Shown: one piece after another, positions 10,352 to 21,371 of the stretch
How the letters are laid out: each line of letters starts with the position of its first letter
Position numbering within the stretch: the stretch's first letter is position 1
The notes under the pieces: model-generated
Seen by the model: the letters and a program-made list of their open reading frames with translations, nothing else
The model's database searches: none
Told to the model about the DNA's origin: nothing
Assembly: GCA_021432655.1 (NCBI GenBank)
Contig: MU271596.1
Span: forward strand, 1 to 40,812
Source: Atractiella rhizophila
Taxonomy: Eukaryota
Length of the DNA stretch: 40,812 bases
Direction: 5' to 3'
Made by a program: the position numbers and the translations under genes

Positions 10352-12909
10352 ATGGATCCGAACGATGCTGAGCGCTACTACACCCCTCAATCCACTCTCC
10401 GCTCTGCAGCTTCAACTTCAGCATCAACAAGCAATCAACCACACGCACAAGACTATTTCGCTCTCGGCTTTCAAAACCCCAACACCTCCTCATCGTCCCA
10501 ACAATCCTCCTCCGGCATTCAAGAGCCGGCAGCTTCCTCCTCCGGCTCCTCCACTTCAAAAGCAGACGCCACCGTCAACACCTCAACGTCACCGTCCACA
10601 GCAGGCACCATCCGCCCTCCTTCCTGGCCACTCGTCTCTCCTCCCACCTCGCCGCTTGCACAGGGTTCCACCACGCGGCCGAGGAGCACGCCGATAGTTC
10701 TAACTGGCGCTTTGTCCGCCGCTGTTGGAGGAGCAGAGGGACGGCGGATGAGTGAAGAGGAAGAGGAACTCTATTACGGTTATCTATCTGCACGTCCATC
10801 CGAGGACGCAGAAGCGTCTCGAAGACAGTCGTACCAAACTACGATCTCTGCTTCTTCTCAGCTACCGCAGGTCTCAAATCAGTTGTTGTCAAGGTTTAGC
10901 TCGAATACGAGTGCAGCGGTAGGTGGGGAGAGGAGTAGTCGTGAACTTGACGGAGAGGACGATGAGGAACCCACAGTACCTTCCATTCCGAGGCAGTATC
11001 GATTTTCCAGCTTTACCCCGGAGGATGACAATGCCGGAGGTGGTAGGAGAAATGACGATATTGAGGTGGAGGAAACAGCAAGGTTACCGCGTCAGACCCT
11101 CAGCGGCGATACTCGTCGGTCCTCCCTGCCTCCAGGTGCAGATCCACCGAGAGTAGGATTCATGGAGAGGGAGGGACGAAGGGACACAGTCTTGAAGGAC
11201 TTAGATAAGGAAGAGAGGGATTGGGCCCGCGAGAGGGAGGAGACGGAGGTGGAGGAGACGAGGTTCCGGGATCGCGGACTTGTGATATCGCGAACCGAGT
11301 TTTCAGGGAGTGGGTGGCGCATAGCTTATGTATGCTTTTCTCATTCTTTCTATCCTGAGAGTGGATCTGATCCGGAGTAGTATTTTTATACTGCAGCTTT
11401 CTTCGCACCAATACCTCTTACGATCTTCTTCGATTTCAACGTTCTCTATTCCCTCGTTCAAATCGCAATCCACCCCTCCTCCATCGTTACCTCCACGTCC
11501 TCTTCCCGTCCAAGTCGCGGCTGGTACCTCTGCGTCGGTGTCTATGCCCTCTGCTTCTTACTTTGGCTTTCCCTCGTCATTATCTACGAGTACCTCGTCC
11601 TCTACCGTCGAACATGGAAGAGCAATGGAGGTCATCCAACCATCCTCTCCGTATACTTATCGGCCCCAACGTACAGATGGACATGTGTCCGCTCCTTTCA
11701 CTATTTCTCCTTCCTCACCCGTTTACGCTTGTCAGTCCTCCCCGGATTCGCCTTTGCTTCTGTTCGCCGAGGCGACTCGAGGGATGGGACGTGGACCATA
11801 GCCCTGCGGGAAGAGGCAGGGTTTTGGGTACAAAGTACGTCTTTCTTCCTCATGACGACTTCTCTGCAAGTTTATATGAACGCATATCGGTAGATTGGCC
11901 CATTGTCATCACCCTCTTGCCGCGGATAGGAATCGCAACTGGCGTTCTCCTCGTCTTCGCGCCCAGCAATTTGGCACATGAAACAGCAGGAGAAGACCGC
12001 AGTGACAGGGATGCTACCTTCTTTGGACCCACTGGTGATCTGACTCCTTATGCTGCAATCACGATCCTAGCGTGAGTTCTCCCTTTCTTCATTCGCTTGA
12101 TCATCGGCTGACCGAGAAGCAGGTATGTGTCCTGGGGAGCAGTTCGCGTCCTAGTCGTCCTAATTTCCGCTATCCTTCTCGCCCTCCTCCCCAAGACGTC
12201 TACCCTCTCTTCCCGTCTTCGAAACATCATCCTCTTCTGCTCCACTACCAGCACCTCGACATCCAAACCCACCTCTTCCCTCCTCTCCTCTCGCCCACAT
12301 CCCATCTCTATCTACACTGGCAACTCCATACACCAGCGTCCTCGGCTTTCATCTCAACAAACGAACGACAATACCCTCGTATCGCCTACCGACACAAATC
12401 ATCCGCTATGGGCGAGTGGAGCGGGAAGCATCGGAACGAGGAGAGAATCCAATCCGCCTAATCCCCCGAGCTCTTTGGGAGCTGGACCAAGCTATGAGGA
12501 TCAGTCTGATTCTCAACCGCCCCTCCTTCCGCCACATCAGCAGTCCCAATCTCCCGCTTCTCATGCACAACATCAACAATCTCTGCACGAGGCAGAGTTT
12601 GCGCGAGTTCCACCGCACACGGTGGATACGGAGCAAGAAAGAATGAGACGACAGCGAGAAGAGGAGGAGGAGCAGGAAGAGATGAGGATTTACGAATACG
12701 AACAAAGGAGGACTCATTACACCCAACCCGCCCTCTCCAACATCATGGAGGAAGGTAGCGAGGATCAGTCCTGGCGACGAAAATCGGGCACTTCGTCTCA
12801 TGGCAGCGCAGACACGCAGCAGACCTCAAGGTCTTTCCCTCCTCGTCCAGAAGCGCCGACTCCAGCGAGTGGGAGCGAGGACGAGAGTGAGAGGGAACAG
12901 TTACAGTGA
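10352..12909 (+). CDS. Uncharacterised multi-pass membrane protein with long disordered N- and C-termini (about 4 exons)
   Basis: A 340-codon S/P/E-rich first ORF is followed, after a GTATGC intron at about 11330, by hydrophobic segments: FILQLFFAPIPLTIFFDFNVLYSLVQIAI, WYLCVGVYALCFLLWLSLVIIYEYLVLY, WPIVITLLPRIGIATGVLLVF, YAAITILA and WGAVRVLVVLISAILLALL. The tail is Q/E/S-rich and stops at TGA 12907-12909. Family not recognised. Confidence 0.75.
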
Positions 12910-13030
12910 TGGTTTCGTTCTGTGATTCAGTCAATCGTTTTGGGTTTCGTTCGTGACAGTGATGGACTCGGTTGCAGCTTGCATTGGCATCGGTAGAGCC
13001 TGATGAACCAAACTTGTATTACAAGTTGTT

Positions 13031-13108
13031 TGACGAGAAGTTTCATTCGAAAGTTCGACGTTCACATTCTGACGAGAAGTTTCTTTCGAAAGTTCCACGT
13101 TCACAATC
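13031..13108. repeat. 39-bp direct tandem repeat x2
   Basis: TGACGAGAAGTTTCATTCGAAAGTTCGACGTTCACATTC / TGACGAGAAGTTTCTTTCGAAAGTTCCACGTTCACAATC (3 mismatches). Confidence 0.9.
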
Positions 13109-13863
13109 CAAACCACAACCAACAAGTAGTCCAATAGTGGAGTTTATTCTGTTCTTTGGAGTTTCAATCCTCCATTCTTCTCTTCTCTCTTTCCCTTCAA
13201 GCTTCCGAGGTAGACAACGACACATGCTTTGTGGTTCGAGATTCGTGAAACCGCTTGGTTTAACTTAAGTTTCAGTTATGTTCAGTTGCTTCATTCGAAA
13301 TTGAAATATATATAGCAGTATATATGCCGATTCTCTCATCATCCCTTCGGTTCCTTCGATGGACAAGTAACAGCTTCGAAGGTGCTGCTTTGATCACTCG
13401 TTCAACGTGAACTGAACTCGAACCGTAACAATTGTATTCCTGTCAATGAAACATTGTAGAAACCTTTTAATTCGTATTATGGGGTAAATCAAAGACCTTA
13501 CGACAATCGCATCGAGGGAAAACACTGCGAAGGAAGGTCTTAATCATTTTAATGCCCACACACACACAGTAACCTGCGCTGGTGGTGGAGCCGAACAGTG
13601 GTTTTGGGAGATTGCGTGGTCAGAAACCCTGGCCATTCGAGAAATAAATATGTAAATTTTCATCGTATGGTAAACAATGGTGACCCTGAAGGGACTGTAT
13701 AACATAAATCGATAATCTTTCGTAGCAATACATATGGATAAATAGCAGTCTTGAGCGATTGAACAGGAAGAAAGAGATAGAGAGAACACGATGCAGACAA
13801 GGAAAGGCCAGAGAACACACGGTTATCAAAGCAAGCTCTGGCGGGACACCCGATTCCTAGACT

Positions 13864-14867
13864 CTATACTTCTTGTGAATTTTTTTCGTTGAAGGTCAAA
13901 AGCTGTAGGCGTAGATTTGGATGCCAATCTATCACGTCTGTGCGGTTTTCTTGGAGCCTGGGGCTCGGGGAAGCCATCATTATCCAAGCCTATGACATAA
14001 ATCATTCCAAATTCTATGTTAAGAAGTGATTAAGAAGTGACGCACCAAGTCTACGATCGCTCGTCATCCAAAGAAGGCCGGAAATCCTGGCCATCGACGG
14101 GAGATTGGGATTGTTCGACAGTCCAAAAGACTCGACAAGAGCGGACAGCGCAGGATCTGAACACATGTGACCAGCGAAAGTCACAGGCAAGGCGGCTACG
14201 TTGGCCAAGTTCATTAAGACTGTGTTTCCGAACTCATCAACACCAAAGTCGCTGAGGTCGTCGACTGTTTGCATGAACACGCAAGGCTCGGCGCTGATAT
14301 TGACTGGCTTCACCAACTTGCCCCGTTGCCAGTGCATCGTGCGGGCCTAACCAATTAAGTGAATTCTCATGCTAACAAATGGTAGATAAGACATTCAGGA
14401 CTCACTTTCTCTATGTAACGCTCGAGGGCATCGACGCTTGTGAAAACCAGGGGGGTTACACCATCCTTGAAGAATTCGTGTTGAAAATGACCACCGTTTA
14501 GCTGACCGAAACTGTGGTTGGGCGGCAGGGGAACCTCAGAGAGCCATTGGAGCACAGCTGCTCTCCTCTGGTGGATGTCGGGAGGGGAGGCATCGAGGTT
14601 GATATACTCGACCACCATGATCATGCTACGCTCGTGCATGAAGCAATCTAACACTTTGGGAACACGAGGCGTGCCCGGCTTTATTGGATCACCCATTGCT
14701 TGACTCCAGATATATTTCTGCGTCGTCATCTCAGGCAATATCCTCTCCTGAGGGCCGAATTTCACAAAATAATCGGTTCCAAGGGATAGGGTGCCGTGGT
14801 TGCGTTGATGGATTTTCTTGTGAAGTTGGCAAGCGTGGATGACTCTGGATTGTTCATTGGTCTGCAT
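13864..14867 (-). CDS. APH/kinase-like fold protein with degenerate catalytic motifs (3 exons; start uncertain)
   Basis: YFVKFG...PEMTTQKY...PRVPKV...IMVVEYI resembles an APH/choline-kinase-like N-lobe. Introns at about 14405-14347 and 14045-13990 give a continuous frame to TAG at 13866-13864. Confidence 0.6.
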
Positions 14868-15508
14868 CGTGGACACCGATATGGCAAGCTAAAGAAAAAT
14901 ATGTGCGAACACGGTAGTTAAAGCGTCAGCCTGAGCGGGGGATGTGTTTTGAGACTTATAGACGCACAGGATCAAATAAAAATGCTAATTGATGAAAGTC
15001 GCCTAAACGATGAAAGGAGGACGAAGGCGAAGAGGCCACCGTCCATTGATATAATCTAATCAGAGACTTTGGTTGAAGGAATCAAAAAGGAATCAGAAAG
15101 AAGTCACTCGGAACGAACAGGTCACCTGCAGCAGGGACGGAAACTAACATTAGATGGGAAGAAAGACAATGCCCACGTCATGATTAGCAACCACCACTAG
15201 AAACTTGCCATAATACGAAACAGAGCTGGCCCATCAGGCCCATCACTCAAGCCGGAGCAACATGAATTGAATTTCGTGCGAGCTGAAAGACAGGTGAAGC
15301 TCTTTTAAGTCACCTTCGAGCTCATCCTGAAAGACGGCGCGCTAATCACCGTCACTCTGCTTGGTGTTCGGAACAAGGTGGTCAGGAGCAGAAGGGCATG
15401 CGAGCAAACGCCAGAATATCATTCCAGTCCCTCCTCCCACACCGTATTCCTTGACACCTATCAAGTCGAGATCAAAGGAACGTGGGTTCTCTCTCCAACA
15501 AAACATTC

Positions 15509-16861
15509 TCAAAGCTTCATCCCCCTCTTGACGGCCTTCACCATCTTGCCTCCCCTCTGTGTGTTCGCGTTCGCCTGTCTTCCGGCACGCTGAGCGGCCA
15601 CTCGAGCAGCGCGGTTGTTTTGGCCGCCCCTGAATCGACCGTTTCCGTTACTGGGGAAGGAGCAGATCGTCAGATTACTAAGAGGAATGCGAGAGAGGGA
15701 TGACTGACCGCTGGCGGCCATTTCCGTTTCCATTTGCTTGGGTAGCGGTGTTTGCGCCTGGAAGAATTGTCAGCTACAGCGACAAGCCACGACGTGTGAA
15801 TGGTGCAGGATGGAGTGCTAACCATTGTTTCCATTGTTCGTCGCCCCCGTGTTACCATTGGTAGCGGTACCTTCATCATGTCGGTCAGTGCTGATCTTAG
15901 GAAACTACGTGAGAGAATATTTACCAGTCGTTGCGCCAGTGTTCGCAGTTGCAGCATTACCATTGTTATTGCCAGTGTTGCCAGTGTTTCCGGTGGCGGC
16001 AGTTCCGGTATTGCCAGTCGCTCCTACGCATCGTCAGTTTCACTTCATCCAATAGAAGTGAAAATGTACCAGTAGCGGCGACGGCATTGTTGGTTGAAGC
16101 AACGGGCACGCATCCACCGAATCTGCATGTCAAGTCGTCAACCACTCTCCCTCCACTTAAAAGGGGACAAAGCACGTACCCGGAGTTGTTCTTGCACTGG
16201 ACGATGCAACCAGTGGCAGGGCAGGACGTCCCTGCTGGCATAGCAGCGACGAGAGACGACGCCTGACCGACGTTGTTGCCCACTAATGACAACACATTCC
16301 AGTCAGCAATTGCAACTACGTCGATTGAAAGAAGGGACGAACCGTTTGTCTTGATCGTCAAGGGAGTGTTGAACGAGTTTCCGGTACCAGTGGTATCCAG
16401 AGCGCAGGTGTAAGGTCCACCTCCATCACCGTTGATCTGCTCGGATGCCACGCATGAGCGCCTTTAATTCGTCTAAAAGGAAAGGAAGGACGAACGATGA
16501 AGACCTGCATGTTCAGGTTACCGTTGGCATCAGGGGTGGCAATGCCATTAGCCGTGGCTATTGCAATTCGTTTAGTAGGCTGAAATGGGAAGGGACTGGA
16601 GAAAAGACGCTCACAGGCAGCGAGAGCTTGAGCGGTATTTCCAACTCCACAGCTGTTGCCGCTGACACGAATCGCCTGTCCTTGGTTAGGGGTCTGAGAC
16701 TGAACACCAAGGCCAACGTTGGTGACTCCGTTTCCTCCAGCGATCTGTTCCCTTCGTCAGTCCTTCTAAAGAGTTTAAAAAAGAAAGCCTACGTTGGTCA
16801 ATGCGGCGTGGGCATTAACGAGGGAGAGAACGGAAAGGAGAGTGAGAGCAGATCGATACAT
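15509..16861 (-). CDS. Secreted Egh16/GAS1 (DUF3129)-like protein, paralog A (about 10 exons, unexpanded G/N/T tail)
   Basis: Signal peptide MYRSALTLLSVLSLVNA-HAALTN, then GNGVTNVGLGV, INGDGGGPYTCALDTTGTG and LVAAMPAGTSC...CIVQCKN..GFGGCVPV, which resemble the DUF3129 core. The tail ends GGKMVKAVKRGMKL*. Confidence 0.8.
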
Positions 16862-16982
16862 TTCCGAAGGTCGGTCAAAAAGTTAAACTGTTGAGTTGGG
16901 ATAGAAATCGAGAGATGTAGAAGTTGGACAGGCTTGCTGGTGAAGGATTAGGTGAAGTGAAAGAAAGCGAAAGTGAGGGGCA

Positions 16983-17232
16983 ACGTTCAACGTTTGAAAA
17001 CCTGAAGGGACTGGAAACTGTGGGCGAAATGAGCTCTGCTTGACCGCAAAACAAGGAACTCTGGGATTCTTATAGCCCCAGGCGGCCGATCCCAATCGGG
17101 TATTTTCATCGCACGTCAGGACGCGTTGGGGTGGAGAAGTCACGCTCGGGCACGCGAGACAACAAGGATCGAGGGATTACATGCGTGGAAGATGCAGCGT
17201 TGAGATGGCAACCCAGATTTCGCCGCAAGGAT
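16983..17232 (-). promoter_or_regulatory. Promoter of paralog A
   Basis: ATCCTTGCGGCGAA (17232-17219), GCGTGACTT (17145-17137), TATAAG (17074-17069) and AACGTTGAACGT (16994-16983). The same elements occur in the same order upstream of paralogs B and C. Confidence 0.65.
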
Positions 17233-17993
17233 CTACCTACTCCTCCGCTCCTGGAGAAGATTCTCTCTCTGCAGGAAGACAAGAGACGTCAAGGAAGAGA
17301 ACAAGGAAGAAACAGAGGTAACTGTGCCAGCCGCAACTGGTGACGGAGCTAAAGAAATGGAAGAAAGAAATTTCTTGATGCGACACATAATATTACGGCC
17401 TGTCAAGATCATCGAGATCTAGCTTTCTGTCGTGTGCTGAAGCAAGAGGAAGCTGGAGCGGCCATGGAAACGATCACGATGAGCCGGAATCAGATCTGCA
17501 GAAGGTTCTCAAAGCGCCAACAACAAGCACCTGCTCAGATGAAAAATCATTGCGAGAACGTGGGAAAGCCAGCACTCTGCACGACACACAAGGAGAACAA
17601 CAGTCCGACGCAACAATCTATGAGCCCTATTATGGAGGTGTGGCATCAAGCCTGGGCCATAGAATAACCGAGCGGTTAATCCAAGTGACCAGAGAAGTTG
17701 ACTTGCTGAGTGAATGCTGTTATTGGACCTCTACCCAGGAAACATGTTTCCCAATGTGTGGCACATCTGCCCATCAGCTCTATCATGATCGTACGTGCTG
17801 TCAGAACAACTTTTCAATAAATCAAGCAAGCAAGAGTCCTTTCTTTTGACTCTGGAGGCATTCAACCTTGAGTACTCTGAGAGTACCTTCTTCGCTAAGA
17901 AACCACACTACAGCGTGGCGGTGCACGTGGACTTGAACCAGACTACGGCTGCTGGGACACGTTTTTGGCTTCCACCCTGCCACTCCAACTACC

Positions 17994-19864
17994 ATGTCGA
18001 CGTCTTCTCAATCTCCACCAGTCTCTCCTCCCCTAAATGGCGTTGCGCGCATGTCACTCGACAGTGGCCGTGCAAGTCCCCGCACATCGTTGGACGGAAC
18101 GGGAGCAGGAGGAAGTGGGAGCAATGGTGATCGAGAGAGGCTGTTGAGAGATGAACTGGCAAAGGTCAAGGAGGAGAGGGATAACTTTGAAAATCAGTAT
18201 AGAGGGTTACTGGGGAAGCTAACCAATATGAGGAATACTCTGGGTGATAAACTGAAGCAGGACGCGGTATGTTGTCATTTTGTAATTTGGATAGAGAAGA
18301 TTCGTTGCTGTGGCCTTGGTCGCACAGTCTAAGCTATATATTTGGACGAAATACAGCCTTCCTCCTTCCACAGCAGAGAAAAACTGCACAGGCCTCACAC
18401 TGACTTTTGCTCCTCCAGGATGAACTAGACAGGAGGGCGGCTCAAATCACCTCCTTGACATCCGAAATCGAGACCCTGAACAGCACCGTCTCCTCTCTAC
18501 AAAGCGAGCTCCTTCTCACAACCACGGATACCTCCACCCTTTCTTCCGATTTAACCCTCCTACGGTCACGGCTGTCCACAGCTGAAGGGGTCCAAATAGA
18601 ACTACAAGATCGGCTAGAGAACGAGCGTCGGTTGAAGGAAGAATGGGAGGAAGAGGCTATGCGTGAGAAGGTACGACGAGAGGATGTAGAACGGCGGGCG
18701 GTTCTGGCGGAGGAAGAGAGAGAGAGGGCGAAAGCGGAGGAGAGGAGACTGCGGGAGGAATTGGAGAGAGAAAAGGCGGCAGCTGAGGATTTGGCGAGGG
18801 TGTTGGAGGAGTTTCAGGCTGGTATGTAACCGCCAGACCATCGCGAGCGTGGAGCTGACTCCGATACGCGGTGGATAGGAAAGGAGAGAGAGATGGAGAA
18901 TCTTGTTGGAGATGTGAAGAGCCAACTCGACGCTGCTGTCAAAGGATTAGCAGAGTACAAGAAGCGCGCCTCCGTTGCTGAGGTATTTTCTCCCTTTCCT
19001 TAGCGTCTGCTTTCTTCACGGATCCTGGGCGTTGAATAGGCACGATTATCCGCCGTACACACAGACTCAGAGAAATCCATGGCACTAGCAAAGGAATTAA
19101 AGGAGAAGAACGTGATGATTGGGAAACTGAGGCACGATGGTTCGAACCCAATCTTATCATTCTTTTTGCTGGCAGGCTGATAGAAGACATTATTAGCGGT
19201 GATCATGAATGAGCATCTCACAGAAGCTATGCGGCGTTTAAAGCGAGACAGCACCGAAAACAATGTCGACCGGTACGTCACTCTCCTCCTCATTCCTCGC
19301 CTTGCAGTTTGACGAATCCGTCATGAAAAGACGGCTCGTCACCAACGTACTCATAACCTTCCTCCGTACCCCTCGGGCGGATACAAAGCGTTACGAAATG
19401 CTGCAGCTCCTCTCCTCTGTCCTTTCATGGACAGACGAAGAGCGAGAACGAGCAGGTTTGCAGAAGGCAGTTGGCGGGGAAGGCACAAGGCCGAATACCA
19501 GCACGGGGAGAGTACAAATGCAGAGGAAGGGGAGTGGAAAGGAGGAAGAAGCGGATAACGAGGCGAGTCTTCCCTCCAGTCGCTCTGCTGGATATGGTCG
19601 CTGATAGGGTGGATGGGATAGTCCTTCTCGAACTTATTTGTAGAATTTCTTCTTCGGGAAGCTGGTCAAGCGGCCCCTTCTTCTGCTTCAAAATCAACTC
19701 CCGCGCCAACTCCAACTCTGTTCTCACCCACAGCTTCTACGCCAGATTCACCCAGAAGCTCCATCCTAGCGCTCTCCCCTCCACCCCCAAGTCAGAAATT
19801 CAAGCTTCCTGAGATACCGCCTTTCAATCCGGATAGGTTGAGGAAGGGACAAAATATTCGTTAA
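17994..19864 (+). CDS. RUD3: GRAB-domain cis-Golgi coiled-coil golgin (Rud3/Grp1/GMAP-210 family), about 7 exons
   Basis: FENQYRGLLGKLTNMRNTLGDKLKQDA|DELD, a long coiled coil, IGKLRHD..IMNEHLTEAMRRLK, VDRRLVTNVLITFL..PRADTKRYEMLQLLSSVLSWTDEERERAGL and SFSNLFVEFLLRE. Confidence 0.88.
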
Positions 19865-21049
19865 CGGTAGTTACGATCTGCACGCAGGGAGGCACGTGCA
19901 TTTGGAGGATTTGAGGATGATTCGTCCATTGTTCGCGTCATTGGTTTCATTGGTTGCACTCCGTATCATGTATTTATGCCTTTCAATCTTCGTAACCTTC
20001 ATCTCCTCACTTATGACCATGTTGGGCGGTATTGGATGAGCATCAACGGTGGAACACTGCCCCTTTTGAGCTGGCTCTTTATTCGGTGAACTCTGTCAAT
20101 TCTTCGTTGGGGAATTGGAGATTGTGGTCAATGGTGGAGAATGCGTTGAATCCACTGTCGCCCAAACTTGCATCTTCGTAGATTACATTAGGACCTGTCA
20201 GCGGCATGCGGCATTCTGCTTATTCTCATCTCCCTCAGCAAGCTGGCAAAGGACATTAGAAGGGAGCATCCGTAGTTTGATTCAAGTTTCGAATGCACAG
20301 CCCTAGTCGTAGTGTGCTTGCTGAGAGAAGTCGCCTTTCACTGACAACTTCGATTCTTGAATACTCCATTCAACGAAGGTCACAGCTCAAGCGCTCATGA
20401 CAGAGCTGATATACTGATGCGCTTTGCGAGCGAATTCAAGGGAACTCTGAGCACTTCTGAGCATCCCAGAAAACTGATTGTTGGGGAACTCATGTAGACC
20501 TGTCATCTTCCAAAAGGCAGGGTTGCCAACTGATAATCTATTTCTCATTTGAGGCTGCTGCTCGTCGTTTTTACGCTGTGAGAGGCTTCTGAATATCTTT
20601 TAGGCCACGTCGTGACGTTTCCATGGCCCCTGAGTACCACTTCAATTCCCGTTGCTTCAGCGCGCAGCAGCTAACTGCGCATATTGTAGCAGCCAGGTTC
20701 ATCTTGTCTTAGTATCATTGTTACATTCAGGTTTAGTCTGATTTAGCACTCAGCAGCTACTGATAACTGCGGCATTCAAGTGGTGGTAGTCAGCTGCGTC
20801 TTGCGTTAGGTACTGTAATTGCGGCATTGTGGTGGCTAGTGTGATCCTGCTGCTGGACGCAGTGGTTGACTGTAACAATCATTGCGGCAGCTGTACGCGC
20901 TGGGAGGTGGCATCAAGACGCCTTACATTCCTCAGTTTCCTCTGCCTCGTCAGCAGAGTAGTGAGCACTGTATTGCTTGCTCGATGTGTGACTTCTTGCT
21001 ACTCTGGGACGACAGAGAATTCTAAACCCACAGACTCTCCCCAGACCAA

Positions 21050-21263
21050 ATCCTTGCGGCGAAGTTGGTGTTGTCAACTCTACGCATGCTGCATTTTTTA
21101 CGCAGACGTACTTAGTTCTTTGCGTGACTTACCATCGCGACACAGGAACTCAATTTGGGATGGGCCTGAGGGTATAAAAACGCCAGACTTCCTCTCATTT
21201 TATCATCAAACACATCCAGAGCTCGCCTACTTCCACTCAATCCTAGTTTTGAACGTTGAACGT
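21050..21263 (+). promoter_or_regulatory. Promoter of paralog B
   Basis: ATCCTTGCGGCGAA 21050-21063, GCGTGACTT 21122-21130, TATAAAA 21174-21180 and AACGTTGAACGT 21252-21263. Confidence 0.7.
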
Positions 21264-21371
21264 CCTTCGCTTTTCGCTCACCATCACTTCACCTAACTTT
21301 TTCACCAGCAAGTCTGCTTTAATATTTAGCTTCTCCCACTTCAACAGTCCATTTTTTTTCGACAATCGGAA

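Noticed and set aside
13031..13108. 39-bp duplicate containing TTCGAA, resembling a heat-shock element
   Set aside because: It lies downstream of two convergent genes and has only two copies, so local slippage is the simplest explanation.
15509..15520. C-terminal MKL of paralog A as a peroxisomal PTS1
   Set aside because: The tripeptide is non-canonical, the protein has a signal peptide, and B and C do not share it.
19900..21000. Possible transposon or hidden gene in the long intergenic regions (also 24800-25700 and 39300-40050)
   Set aside because: I see no terminal repeats, transposase or RT motifs, or consistent exon structure, and part of it is explained as paralogous promoter DNA.
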